Assembly (NCBI GenBank): GCA_964457225.1
Contig: CAYWEM010000001.1
Location: forward strand, 317,957 to 381,956
Direction of reading: 5' to 3'
DNA from: an uncultured Clostridia bacterium
GTDB lineage: Bacteria > Acidobacteriota > Aminicenantia > UBA2199
Length of the DNA stretch: 64,000 bases
Position 1 is the first letter of the stretch; the number at the start of each line of letters is the position of its first letter. Positions 1-9,422 of this stretch are shown piece after piece. The notes under the pieces were generated by a model. The model was not told the origin of the DNA and made no database searches. It was given only the letters and a program-made list of their open reading frames with translations. A program made the translations under genes and the position numbers.

Positions 1-244
1 TGTACTTCATGGTGCAGGAGCCGAGCGGGTAGAAACCTGCATCAACGCAGTGGTTCAATTGGGAAAGATTGGTGTAGTGGCGAACCACCTCAACTTCTGA
101 CAATTCGGGAAAATGCTCGATCCGGCCGCGCAGTAAATCCTGGTCCAGCCTGGCCGGGACATCCGGAGTATCCGGCGGCGGCGCGGCGCAACCCGTTTTT
201 CCGGGCCTGCTCTTGTTGAACAGCAATTCAGGCAGCTTTCTCAT
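1..244 (-). CDS. gcvPB: glycine dehydrogenase (decarboxylating) subunit 2, N-terminal part only (runs off the window edge)
   Basis: Not in the ORF track. Manual translation from ATG 244 gives MRKLPELLFNKSRPGKTG...ELSEVEVVRHYTNLSQLNHCVDAGFYPLGSCTMKY, the GcvPB signature. ATGA overlap with the gcvPA stop. Confidence 0.93.
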   Translation of the reverse strand, partial: MRKLPELLFNKSRPGKTGCAAPPPDTPDVPARLDQDLLRGRIEHFPELSEVEVVRHYTNLSQLNHCVDAGFYPLGSCTMKY

Positions 245-1593
245 GTGAGTTCTCCCAGGGCGGCCACCAGCCGGTCGATGTCTTCCTTTTCGTGCAGTTC
301 GGTGAAATTCAGCAGGATGGCGGATGTTTCTTGCTCGTTAAACCATTGCAGGGGGATGCCGGCCAGAATACATTTATCCTGCAAGCTGCGTAGCAGTTCA
401 AGGGCATTGCCCTGCTTGAGGTCGAGTACTACTTCGTTGAAGAAATTCCGCTTGTAGCGGACCGAAACTCCGGTCAGGGCGGCCACGGATTCGACGAAAT
501 AACAGGTATTGCGATGGTTGGCCGAGGCCACATCCTGGAGGCCCTGCGGACCCATCGCGGCCAGGTAGACCGCAGCCCTGACTGCGCAGAGTGCCTGGTT
601 GGTGCAGATGTTCGAAGTGGCCTTTTCCCGTTTTATATGCTGTTCCCTGGTCGAGAGGGTCAGCACGTATCCCCTTTTTCCGTCACGGTCCAGGGTCTGG
701 CCGACCAGGCGGCCAGGCAGCTGGCGCAGGAATTCACCGGTAGCGGCCATGAACCCGAGGTAGGGACCGCCGAAAGAAAGCGGCAAACCGAAGCTCTGAG
801 CTTCACCTACCACCACGTCCACCCCGTATTTACCGGGAGGCTGCAGGAAAGGCAGGGACATGGCCTCGGTAACCACCTGGATGGCATAAGCCCCCGATTC
901 ATGGGCCAACTTGGTCAGCCGGGCGATGTCTTCAACAACCCCGAAAAAATTCGGGGACTGGAAAAGAATCGCGATGGTGTCCTGGTCAGTCTTCCGGGCC
1001 AGGTCATCCGGGTCGATCCGGCCGTCGGCCGGGTCAAGCCGGACTTCAACCATTTCGTAATCGAAATTCTGCAGGTAAGTATCGATGATTTCCCGGTATT
1101 CCGGATGCAGTGAAGCGGCCACTAACATGCGTCGGCGTCCGCTCTTCTTGCGGGCGGCCATCAGCAGTGCTTCCACGGCCGCGGTGCCTCCATCGTAAAG
1201 TGAACTGTTGGCAACATCCAAGCCGGTCAGCATGGTCATCATGGTCTGGTATTCAAAAACGGCCTGCAGACTGCCCTGGCTGACTTCCGGCTGGTAGGGC
1301 GTGTAGGGGGTGACGAATTCCCCTCGCTGGGTCAGGCTGTTGACCACTTCGGGAATGAAATGATTGTAAGCCCCGGCACCCAGGAAACTGAGGTAGTCGC
1401 CGTGACGGTTCCGACCGGCATAGGTGCTGAATTTGCGCAACAGAGATCTTTCATCCAGTCCCGGCGGCAGGTCGGAGATGTCGAAATATGTTTTTTCTGC
1501 CGGCAGATCGGAAAAAAGCTCCTTTACATCCTTTATGCCGATAGACTCAAGCATTTCCCGGCGTTCGCCGGGAGTCAGCGGAAAATAGCGCAT
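241..1593 (-). CDS. gcvPA: glycine dehydrogenase (decarboxylating) subunit 1
   Basis: FLGAGAYNH, YTPYQPEVSQG, GGPYLG and REQHIKREKATSNICTNQAL motifs; gcv operon context. Confidence 0.96.
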   Translation of the reverse strand: MRYFPLTPGERREMLESIGIKDVKELFSDLPAEKTYFDISDLPPGLDERSLLRKFSTYAGRNRHGDYLSFLGAGAYNHFIPEVVNSLTQRGEFVTPYTPYQPEVSQGSLQAVFEYQTMMTMLTGLDVANSSLYDGGTAAVEALLMAARKKSGRRRMLVAASLHPEYREIIDTYLQNFDYEMVEVRLDPADGRIDPDDLARKTDQDTIAILFQSPNFFGVVEDIARLTKLAHESGAYAIQVVTEAMSLPFLQPPGKYGVDVVVGEAQSFGLPLSFGGPYLGFMAATGEFLRQLPGRLVGQTLDRDGKRGYVLTLSTREQHIKREKATSNICTNQALCAVRAAVYLAAMGPQGLQDVASANHRNTCYFVESVAALTGVSVRYKRNFFNEVVLDLKQGNALELLRSLQDKCILAGIPLQWFNEQETSAILLNFTELHEKEDIDRLVAALGELT

Positions 1594-1597
1594 CTGG

Positions 1598-1987
1598 TCA
1601 CTCTCCGGACAGACCGCTGATGTACTCCTCGTAGGCGGCTGAATTCATCATGCCGTCCAGCTCTTCCCGGGCGCTGACGCGGAGTTTGAACAACCAGCCG
1701 GCACCATAGCAATCCTGGTTGAGCAGTTCCGGGTTATCGGCCAGGGCTTCATTCACTTCAACCACTTCACCGCTGAGAGGAGAATAAACATCGGAAACCG
1801 CCTTGACCGATTCGATGTTGCCGCAGGCGTCACCCCGGCGGACAACCCGGCCCGGTTCGGGGAGTTCAACGTAGACGACGTCGCCCATTTCATGCTGGGC
1901 GTAATCGGAAATACCCACCACGACCAGGTCGTTTTCGGGCAGAACCCACTCGTGATCCCTGGTAAAAAGCAATTTATCCTTGCTCAT
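1598..1987 (-). CDS. gcvH: glycine cleavage system H protein
   Basis: FTRDHEWV, VGISDYAQ, lipoyl-Lys motif IESVKAVSDVYSP. ATG at 1987 preferred over GTG at 1990. Confidence 0.96.
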   Translation of the reverse strand: MSKDKLLFTRDHEWVLPENDLVVVGISDYAQHEMGDVVYVELPEPGRVVRRGDACGNIESVKAVSDVYSPLSGEVVEVNEALADNPELLNQDCYGAGWLFKLRVSAREELDGMMNSAAYEEYISGLSGE

Positions 1988-1998
1988 CACTCCTCCTG

Positions 1999-3093
1999 TT
2001 ACTTTGATCTCTTGTAAAAAGGCGTCTTGACGACTTCAGCCCGAACGGCCCGGCCGCGCACCTCGACCTGGAATTCAGTTCCCACCGCAGCGGCGGCCAC
2101 CGGCAGGTAGGCCAGCCCGATCGACTGCTTGAGAAAAGGAGCCATGGTGCCGCTGGTGACCGCTCCAAAAGGACGGCCGTCAACGATGATCGGATAGCCG
2201 TGACGGGCGATGCCCGGTTCCAGCAGTTTGAATCCGACCAGCTTGCGGCTGACCCCGGCTTCTTTCTGGCGGACCAATGCTTCGCGACCGATGAAATCGC
2301 CCTTGTCCAGTTTCAGAATCCAGCCCAGGTCGGCTTCCAGAACGGTATGACTGTCGTCGATGTCATTTCCGTAAAGAGCCATCTTGGCTTCCAGGCGCAA
2401 TGTGTCCCGGGCTCCCAAACCGACCGGCACAACTCCCCTGGATTCTCCCCGGGAAGCAAGTTCCAGCATTAATTTGCAGGCTTCATCGGCGGCAACGGTC
2501 AGATATACTTCAAAACCATCCTCACCGGTATAGCCGGTCCTGGAAACCAGGGCCTGCAGGCCCATCACCCGGGTTTCGGCGAAACCGTAATAAGGCATTG
2601 CGGCCAGGTCGAAGTCGGTCAGTTCAGCCAGCAGGGGCAGGGCCTGCGGCCCCTGAACCGCGATCTGCGAATAGAGTTCGCTCAGGTTTTTCAGCTCGAC
2701 TTCGAAGGAAGCGCACTTTTCCTGCAGCCAGCTGAAATCCTTCCCGGTGTTTCCGGCATTGACCACCAGCAGGTAATGATTCTTGTCCATCATGTAGACC
2801 AGCAGGTCATCCACGAAAGTACCTTCAGGAGTAAGGAAGGCGTTGTAGTGAATTTTACCGGGCTCCAGGCGGGACAGGTCATTGGAGGTAACGTACTGCA
2901 GTGCGGCCAGGGCCTGGGGACCGGACACGATTATTTCACCCATGTGGCTGACGTCAAACAACCCGCCGGCGGTACGCACGGCGACATGTTCCTGGTTGAT
3001 GCCGGAAAACTGGATGGGCAACTCCCAGCCGGCAAACTCGACCATTTTCCCCTGCAATTGATGCAGGGCGGCGTTGAGCTTGGTCTTTTTCAT
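1999..3093 (-). CDS. gcvT: glycine cleavage aminomethyltransferase T
   Basis: FAGWELP, GLFDVSHMGE, SRTGYTGEDGFE, GLGARDTLRLEA. Start moved to ATG 3093, which follows an AAGGAG SD. Confidence 0.96.
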   Translation of the reverse strand: MKKTKLNAALHQLQGKMVEFAGWELPIQFSGINQEHVAVRTAGGLFDVSHMGEIIVSGPQALAALQYVTSNDLSRLEPGKIHYNAFLTPEGTFVDDLLVYMMDKNHYLLVVNAGNTGKDFSWLQEKCASFEVELKNLSELYSQIAVQGPQALPLLAELTDFDLAAMPYYGFAETRVMGLQALVSRTGYTGEDGFEVYLTVAADEACKLMLELASRGESRGVVPVGLGARDTLRLEAKMALYGNDIDDSHTVLEADLGWILKLDKGDFIGREALVRQKEAGVSRKLVGFKLLEPGIARHGYPIIVDGRPFGAVTSGTMAPFLKQSIGLAYLPVAAAAVGTEFQVEVRGRAVRAEVVKTPFYKRSK

Positions 3094-3121
3094 CGGCGAC
3101 TCCTTGCGGGAATTAAGGTCC

Positions 3122-3150
3122 AGACTAACACAACAGGGGCAAAAAATCAA
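3122..3150 (-). promoter_or_regulatory. putative sigma70 promoter of the gcv operon
   Basis: TTGATT-N17-TAGTCT with a TG extension on the minus strand. No glycine riboswitch fits in the 80-nt gap. Confidence 0.4.
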
Positions 3151-3172
3151 TGGCCGACGCGGAAAAGCGGCC

Positions 3173-4138
3173 TTAGATCACCTGCACCCTGATCCCTCGG
3201 TGGAGGTTGTCCACCAGGCTCTTTTCGATGAAACTCAGGGTGCCGGTTTTACTCGAGGCACAACCCCGGCAGGCACCCAGGTAACGAATGGAAACCAGCA
3301 CCCCGGCATCATCCTGATTGACGTCCACCACTTCCAAACTGCCTCCATCGGCGGCCAGCAGTGGGCGGACGTTCACGTCAAGTACTTTTTCAATTTCACG
3401 CAGTTTCTGGACCAGGGTCATTTCCGGGAAGGAATCTTTTTCAATACTGTCCCTGATTTCCCGCCTTTCATCTTCTTCCAGGGCTTCCTTAAGAATATCG
3501 ACCAGGTAACGCGATCTCCTTTCATGGCCTCCGGGACGGATACAGGACTTGCAATAGGCTCCGGCCTTGGTGAAGTTCGTGATTTGTTCAACCGTGCTAA
3601 GCTTGTTGATGCGGATTGCATCTCGAATGGTGCGCAAGCTGACCCGGGCGCACTCGCAGACGATTTCCTCTTCCTCGAAATGAGACACATCGACTTTTTT
3701 GTAAATAGCGGCCGCTTTCTTGATCACGTCATAGGCCATGACACTGCAGTGCATCTTCTGGGGCGGCACGGCCGGCGTACCCGGTTCGTCGCGCAGAGCC
3801 TGTTCGACTTCGATGTTGGTTATTTTGATCACCTGGTCAACCGTTTTCCCGATGCAGAGCTCGGCCATGATATCACTGGAAGCGATGGCCGTACCGCAGC
3901 CGAAACTCTTGAACCGGGCGTCAAGAATGCGGTCGGTAGCTGGATCCACGGCCCAGAAAAGTCTTACCGCATCACCGCAGGCTTCGGCCCCCCAGTCGGC
4001 CACCACCAGTTCGGCGCCCAGGGCCGCGGCTTCTTCGGCACTTATTTCACCGCGATGCCGGGGATTGTTCATCCTTTCCTTGACCTGGTTTGAATATCGC
4101 TCCCACAGGGAGCCGCCAATTAAATCGTTTTTGGCCAT
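3173..4138 (-). CDS. nifU: three-domain Fe-S scaffold NifU (IscU-like, BFD-like 2Fe-2S, Nfu)
   Basis: ACGD, FGCG and KMHCS scaffold cysteines; central CECARV...CKSC; C-terminal DGG...YLGACRGC. Confidence 0.93.
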   Translation of the reverse strand: MAKNDLIGGSLWERYSNQVKERMNNPRHRGEISAEEAAALGAELVVADWGAEACGDAVRLFWAVDPATDRILDARFKSFGCGTAIASSDIMAELCIGKTVDQVIKITNIEVEQALRDEPGTPAVPPQKMHCSVMAYDVIKKAAAIYKKVDVSHFEEEEIVCECARVSLRTIRDAIRINKLSTVEQITNFTKAGAYCKSCIRPGGHERRSRYLVDILKEALEEDERREIRDSIEKDSFPEMTLVQKLREIEKVLDVNVRPLLAADGGSLEVVDVNQDDAGVLVSIRYLGACRGCASSKTGTLSFIEKSLVDNLHRGIRVQVI

Positions 4139-4162
4139 ATCGCATACCTCCGGAAATTCATT

Positions 4163-5335
4163 TCAGCGGCAGGAAAAGGTGGATGAAATCGAGCGCAGCC
4201 TGTTCACCGCCCTGGTCAGCACTTCGGCGGCCCGCTCGATTTCAGTTTCAGTGCTGAAACGTGACAGGCTCAGGCGCACCGCGGTATGGGCCATGTCTGC
4301 TTCCAGTCCCAGGGCCCTGAAAACCGGATTGGCCTGTAGTGTTTCCGAGGCGCAGGCACTGCCGGTGGAAGCTGCCACTCCGTTCTGGTTCAGGTCCCAG
4401 AGCATGGCTTCTCCCTCGATACCGCGAAATCCGGCCAGGATGGTATTGGCCGTGCGCCGGCCGCGGTCGCCGACCACCCTGGTATCGGGCAGGGCCAGGA
4501 TCGCGTCTTCAAGGCGGTCACGCAGGGCGCGTATTTCCCGGTTGAAATAAGGCAGGTGAGCAACGGCCGTTTCAATGGCGAGGCCCATGCCGACCAGCCC
4601 GGGCACGTTGACTGTGCCGGCGCGGCGGCCGCCCATCTGTTCACCTCCGTGCAGCAGCGGTGTCAGCCGGCGGTCCTTCCGGATGAACAGGCCTCCAACA
4701 CCCTTGGGACCGTGAAATTTATGCGCGCTGAAGGTCAGGAAATCAACCGGAACAGCCTTGAGATCGACCGGGATTTTTCCGACCGCCTGCACCGCGTCAC
4801 TGTGCAGAAGCACATCGTTTTCCCGGCATATTTCCGCCAGCTCGGCCATAGGGTTGATCAGCCCGGTTTCGTTGTTGACCCACATCACCGAAACCAGGGC
4901 GGTTCGATCCGGATCGATGTGGGCACGCAGGATGTCGCCGTCGATCAGGCCGGCTTCGTTTACCGGCATCAACATTACTTCGACACCGAGTTCAGCCAGG
5001 AACTCCAGGCTGTGCTTGACGCAGGGATGCTCAACCGGGCTGCTGAGAACCTGCTTTTTTTGGCCAGTCCTGATCAGGTCGTGGTATATGCCCTTTAAAA
5101 CAGTATTGTTGCCCTCGGTGGCGCAACTGTTTATTACGATGTCGTCCTGGTCTGAAGCATTGATTGACTGGTAAAGCCGGTCCATGGCCAGGCGCATGAA
5201 TGGATGCACTGCACTGCCGAATTCGTGCAGGGAATTCGGATTGCCGTACATTTGGCAGAAAAAGGGCTCCATGGCCTCGCGCACCAGGGGGTCAACTATC
5301 GTGGTGGCGTTGTTGTCCAGGTAAATTCGTTCCAT
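4163..5335 (-). CDS. nifS: cysteine desulfurase NifS
   Basis: YLDNNATT, PLP-Lys motif SAHKFHGPKGVG, catalytic STGSAC. Start moved to ATG 5335, which follows a GAGGT SD. Confidence 0.95.
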   Translation of the reverse strand: MERIYLDNNATTIVDPLVREAMEPFFCQMYGNPNSLHEFGSAVHPFMRLAMDRLYQSINASDQDDIVINSCATEGNNTVLKGIYHDLIRTGQKKQVLSSPVEHPCVKHSLEFLAELGVEVMLMPVNEAGLIDGDILRAHIDPDRTALVSVMWVNNETGLINPMAELAEICRENDVLLHSDAVQAVGKIPVDLKAVPVDFLTFSAHKFHGPKGVGGLFIRKDRRLTPLLHGGEQMGGRRAGTVNVPGLVGMGLAIETAVAHLPYFNREIRALRDRLEDAILALPDTRVVGDRGRRTANTILAGFRGIEGEAMLWDLNQNGVAASTGSACASETLQANPVFRALGLEADMAHTAVRLSLSRFSTETEIERAAEVLTRAVNRLRSISSTFSCR

Positions 5336-5362
5336 GGTCAAACCTCTTGCAGTCGATAGTGG

Positions 5363-5391
5363 ATTATAAAGCAAAAGCCCCGGCATGACAA
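5363..5391 (-). promoter_or_regulatory. sigma70 promoter of nifSU
   Basis: TTGTCA-N17-TATAAT on the minus strand. The -35 box sits inside an imperfect inverted repeat (5375-5399). Confidence 0.7.
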
Positions 5392-5433
5392 CCGGGCTTC
5401 CCCGGCCTGATTCACCCTCCAAATCCATGGAAT

Positions 5434-5613
5434 AGGGAAAGGGTGAAGCAAAAGCGAACAAAAACGAAGGTGCAGGAATCCGACAAAGTACGGCTGGACG
5501 TGCCCCTTGGGGTAACATGACCACTGTCTGAGCGCAGCGAGTTGGTCATGTTAGGGAAGCCGGGCTTACGTCGGTCTGCACCGTAGTGGTGAGCGTTGAT
5601 TCACACTTTACCT
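5434..5613. ncRNA. candidate structured ncRNA with 6S-like architecture (strand unresolved)
   Basis: Closing stem 5434-5447/5600-5613 (12 of 14 paired), central bubble of 21 and 17 nt, long upper stem 5469-5582 (GGTGCAG/CTGCACC, CCGAC/GTCGG, TAACATGACCA/TGGTCATGTTA). Intergenic. Confidence 0.35.
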
Positions 5614-5764
5614 TGGATGAAAACCAGATCCTAAAAGCATTTTTCAAGCTATTCCAGGAATTAGGTGGATGATTATGGCCCGGCCTGCCGGTCAAGGTAT
5701 TCAGCCGTCCGGCTCGGCGCGGCCGGGTATGGTGCCGTTAGTTATCGGTTTTTTTGTGATACGA

Positions 5765-6526
5765 TCAGCTGAAAGTTCCCTTGACGTAGTCGCGGGTCAG
5801 GTCACGGGCCGGGCTTTCGAACAAGCGTTCCGCCGGTCCGGCTTCGATCACCTCGCCCAGATACAGAAAAACCACGTAATCAGCCAGCCGGCGCGCCTGG
5901 CGCAGTATGTGAGTGACCATGACCATGGTGTACCTGCCCCGGTACTCCAGGAACTTTTCCTCTATATGCCTGCTGGAAAGCGGATCAAGGGCTGAGGTCG
6001 GTTCATCGGCCAGTATGATTTCCGGCTTCACGGCCAGGGCCCGGGCCAGGCAGAGCCTTTGCTGCTGGCCGACCGATAGCCGCGCGGCCGGCTGCTGCAG
6101 TCGGTCCCGAACTTCCTCCCAGAGGCCGACCTGCTCGAGATTGTGCCTGACCAGCTGGTCCAGGTCCCGGCGTTTCACCCGACCGTGAATACGGGGGCCG
6201 TAAGCCACGTTGTCGTAAATAGACATGGGCAGAGGATAGGGTTTTTGCAGCAGCATGCCCATGCGTCGGCGCATCTCGGTTATTTCAATATTTGCATCCA
6301 TTATCTCGAGATCGTCGATCATGACCGAGCCGCTGACCTGCACTCCCTCGAGTGATTCAAAGAGCCGGTTGAAGCAACGCAGCAGCGTAGTCTTGCCGCA
6401 GCCGGAAGGCCCTATGATGGCCGTTATCTGTCCGGCGGGCAGGTCCAGGTTGACGTTCTTGAGTATCGGCTGGTTACCGATGGCCAGGTTCAGGTTTCGT
6501 ACTCTGATTCGGCCGCTTTGCTCCAT
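5765..6526 (-). CDS. pstB: phosphate ABC transporter ATP-binding protein
   Basis: Walker A GPSGCGKT, LSVGQQQRLCLARALA, LADEPTSALDP; pst operon context. Confidence 0.93.
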   Translation of the reverse strand: MEQSGRIRVRNLNLAIGNQPILKNVNLDLPAGQITAIIGPSGCGKTTLLRCFNRLFESLEGVQVSGSVMIDDLEIMDANIEITEMRRRMGMLLQKPYPLPMSIYDNVAYGPRIHGRVKRRDLDQLVRHNLEQVGLWEEVRDRLQQPAARLSVGQQQRLCLARALAVKPEIILADEPTSALDPLSSRHIEEKFLEYRGRYTMVMVTHILRQARRLADYVVFLYLGEVIEAGPAERLFESPARDLTRDYVKGTFS

Positions 6527-6536
6527 CTATCAGCTC

Positions 6537-7388
6537 CTAATCGATGACATTTCTGGAAAATCGCTTCATGACCATTCTGGCCAGCAGGCTGATCAACAGG
6601 ATCAGCAGGGTTAAAATAAAAGCCGAGGCATAGGCCCTCTCCCTGACTTCAGGCAGTGGGCTGCTCAATTGGAAGAAAATGGCCAGCGGCAGGGTGGCCA
6701 CCGGGTCACTCAGTGATTCCGGAATATGGTCGGTGAAACCGGCGGTGAACAGGATCGAAGCGGCATCGCCGATAGCCCGGCCCAGGGAAACCAGCAACCC
6801 GGTCAGGATCGCAGGCAGGACCTGGCGCAGCAACACACGCAGGGCCGTTTCCAGCCGGGTGGCGCCCAGGGCCTGCGATGAGTCGAGCAGTTCCGAAGGA
6901 ACCAGGCGCATTGATTCATCTATGGTGCGCACGGTCAGCGGCAGTATCAGCAGGGCCACGGTTACTATCCCGGCCAGCAGGGAAACCCGCAGACCCAGGA
7001 AGATCATCACCGTGAAGCCCAGGGCCCCGAAGACTATTGAAGGAACTCCGCTCATGACGTCGAATACCAGGCGGATGAACCCGGCAAGGCGGGGCCGGTT
7101 TTTGAGGCCGGTATTAAGCAGCAGGGTCAGCGGCAGGGCCAGGCAGGCGGCCAGGGCCACTGCACCCAGGGAGAGATACAGGGAACCGACTATGGCGTTG
7201 AGAATTCCGCCTTCCCGTCCCAGGTAAAAACCTCCCTGCGGAGTCTTGGTGATCATGTCGAGGTTCATGGCCGGCAGTCCCTTCCAGAATACCGTGCCGA
7301 TGATCATGGCCAATGTCAGCAAAATCAGGCCGGTGGCTGCGTACATCAAAAAAAGCATGAGTTTTTCTTCCAGCAGGCGGGCTTTCAT
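6537..7388 (-). CDS. pstA: phosphate ABC transporter permease PstA
   Basis: GGILNAIVGS, GVPSIVFG, ALGATRLET EAA loop, TLPLAIF. Start moved to ATG 7388. Confidence 0.9.
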   Translation of the reverse strand: MKARLLEEKLMLFLMYAATGLILLTLAMIIGTVFWKGLPAMNLDMITKTPQGGFYLGREGGILNAIVGSLYLSLGAVALAACLALPLTLLLNTGLKNRPRLAGFIRLVFDVMSGVPSIVFGALGFTVMIFLGLRVSLLAGIVTVALLILPLTVRTIDESMRLVPSELLDSSQALGATRLETALRVLLRQVLPAILTGLLVSLGRAIGDAASILFTAGFTDHIPESLSDPVATLPLAIFFQLSSPLPEVRERAYASAFILTLLILLISLLARMVMKRFSRNVID

Positions 7389-7389
7389 T

Positions 7390-8283
7390 TCAGGCATTCT
7401 CCCGCTTGATGCGCAGCAGCATGGCCCGGGAAAGCAAATGGAATACAACCACGATGACCAGAAGCAACAAGGCGGAAAAAAGCAGGGCCGAATCAACCAG
7501 GGGCACGGAATGCATCTCCCCGTAATGATTGGCGATCAGGGCCGGTAAGGGATAAGCCGGGTCGAATACCGAACGGGGGTTGGCGGCGACGTTGCCGGCC
7601 ACCATCATCACGGCCATGGTTTCCCCGAAGGCCCTGGACAATCCGAGCACCACGGCCGCGGCCAGGCCGGGGAAAGCCTTCCTGGCCACCACGTGTTTCA
7701 CGGTCTGCCAGCGGGTGGCCCCCAGAGCCAATGACACTTCCCGCATGGCCGTCGGCACGCTGCGCATGACCGAAACGGAAACGTGAACTATTATCGGCAC
7801 TATCATCACGGCCAGCACCAGGCCGGCACTGAGAACACTGTAACCAGAAGAAGTCCGGCCGAACATGGGCGCCAGCCGGTCCCGCACCAGGGGTACGATC
7901 ACCAGCACCCCCCAGACTCCATAAACCACCGAGGGAATTCCGGCCAGGATATCTATGGCCGGAAGCACCATGGCCCGCAGGCGGGCCGGGGCGTATTCTG
8001 AAATGAAAACCGCGGTCAGAAGTGAAAGGGGCACGGCCAGCAGTACGGCCAGGCCTGTCACCCAGAAAGTACCGGTGATGAAGGGCCAGAATCCGAATTC
8101 ACCGCGCATGGGTTTCCAGGAGGAAGAAAACAGGAGTTCGAGCAAGGGTTTTTCCAGCATGATCTGCCTGGAACGCCAGCAGAGACCGATGACCAGGACG
8201 ATCATGAGCATGAGCACGGCCAGGGACACGCCCCAGAGCCAGCTTGAGCCCAGCCGGTTGAGAAAACGACGGCGGCGATCCAT
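7390..8283 (-). CDS. pstC: phosphate ABC transporter permease PstC
   Basis: LAGIPSVVYGVWG, ALGATRWQT, RAFGETMAVMMVAGN. Start at ATG 8283 (alternative TTG 8343). Confidence 0.92.
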   Translation of the reverse strand: MDRRRRFLNRLGSSWLWGVSLAVLMLMIVLVIGLCWRSRQIMLEKPLLELLFSSSWKPMRGEFGFWPFITGTFWVTGLAVLLAVPLSLLTAVFISEYAPARLRAMVLPAIDILAGIPSVVYGVWGVLVIVPLVRDRLAPMFGRTSSGYSVLSAGLVLAVMIVPIIVHVSVSVMRSVPTAMREVSLALGATRWQTVKHVVARKAFPGLAAAVVLGLSRAFGETMAVMMVAGNVAANPRSVFDPAYPLPALIANHYGEMHSVPLVDSALLFSALLLLVIVVVFHLLSRAMLLRIKRENA

Positions 8284-8299
8284 GAAACCGGGCTTGGTT

Positions 8300-9226
8300 T
8301 TATTCGCTCTTGGCCGCGGCCGGCACGTATCCGGCTTCGACAACGTAATCCTGTCCGGAACTGTTTATCCAGTTCAGAAACAGGGCCACACTCTCCTTCA
8401 GCGGCTTTGCATCGTGCACCAGCAGCAGATCGCGAGCCGGCGGAGCCGGGTAACGACCGGCGGCGATGGCCGCCAGCAGACTGCCGCGATCCTGGTAGAA
8501 GTTTTCGTGTTCCTCGATCAGGCCGCTGCCGTCGAGATCGATCGGGACGATCATTATTCCGGCCAGGGCCCGGCCGCTGACCGCGTCGTAAGCGTAATTG
8601 ACGTTGTTGTAACCGATGGCCGAGGCATCCCGGATGACAGCTTCGGCCATGCCCGGATCTCCGTAAACCCCAATGCCCAGAAGATCCTCCTGCTTGGCCC
8701 CCAGGAAAGCCGCCCAGACTTCGGCCGCTCCGCAAGAATCGGAGCGGGTGTATACGTGCAGCGGGAGTACTTTGAAAGCTTCAGCAAGACTTGACCAGCA
8801 GGAAGGTTGATCCGCCAGCCATAGCGACGCGAATGCTTCCCTGGAAAGTCCCTGCCGCTGCAGTGCCCCGCTATTGGGATTGGCGGCGCTGGCCGTAGCC
8901 ACCACGGCATCACGGGCCACCACCAGGGCGACTACTCCCCTGTTCACTTCTTCCGGGTAAAGATCACGTGAAACCATGCCCAGGTCCGCGAAACCGGTCA
9001 GAACATCGGTTATGCCCTTTCCGGCCCCGCCGGCGGAAACGTCGATGCGTATATGGGGATACTCCCGGCGGAACTCCTCGCTCCACCTGACCATCATAGG
9101 GTAAAGCGCCCAGGCGCCGGTGACCGTTATGGTTTCCTGGTCCCGGTCGGACCGGCCGCTGCAGCCGCATAAAACCAACCCCAGGCAGAGCGGCAGAAGG
9201 AAAAGGCAAATCGTTTTGTTTTTCAT
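8300..9226 (-). CDS. pstS: phosphate-binding lipoprotein PstS family
   Basis: Lipobox LCGC; GGAGKG, GMVSR, RSDSCGA PBP motifs; heads pstCAB. Confidence 0.88.
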   Translation of the reverse strand: MKNKTICLFLLPLCLGLVLCGCSGRSDRDQETITVTGAWALYPMMVRWSEEFRREYPHIRIDVSAGGAGKGITDVLTGFADLGMVSRDLYPEEVNRGVVALVVARDAVVATASAANPNSGALQRQGLSREAFASLWLADQPSCWSSLAEAFKVLPLHVYTRSDSCGAAEVWAAFLGAKQEDLLGIGVYGDPGMAEAVIRDASAIGYNNVNYAYDAVSGRALAGIMIVPIDLDGSGLIEEHENFYQDRGSLLAAIAAGRYPAPPARDLLLVHDAKPLKESVALFLNWINSSGQDYVVEAGYVPAAAKSE

Positions 9227-9250
9227 GTCACGTCCCTTTTTTTAAGAGTT

Positions 9251-9279
9251 ATAATATAAACAACTTTACCCGATGTCAA
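9251..9279 (-). promoter_or_regulatory. sigma70 promoter of the pst operon
   Basis: TTGACA-N17-TATTAT on the minus strand. Confidence 0.7.
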
Positions 9280-9422
9280 GGAAACTGCCTTGATTTGACT
9301 TTTCCGACTGAAATCCCAAATTGTACCGGCCTGATAATAAGCGGCAATTAACTTGATCAGAACTGGAAAAAAACAGAATTTAAGTTATAATTGATAATGA
9401 CGATATAATTTTGGTGAACATC

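Noticed and set aside
3094-3172. Glycine riboswitch upstream of gcvT
   Set aside because: The gap is only about 80 nt and has no aptamer motifs.
3074-4093. 339-aa plus-strand ORF opposite nifU
   Set aside because: Antisense shadow of a clearly conserved gene.
4163-5524. ORF-track N-terminal extensions (nifS, gcvT, pstA, C69, rSAM, hydB and others)
   Set aside because: They overlap promoters or upstream genes and lack family similarity; downstream ATGs with SD sequences fit better.
5469-5582. SRP RNA, RNase P RNA or tmRNA identity for the hairpin
   Set aside because: No SRP GGAA-tetraloop/CAGG-AGCAG domain, no GAGGAAAGUCC, and no tRNA-like ends on either strand.
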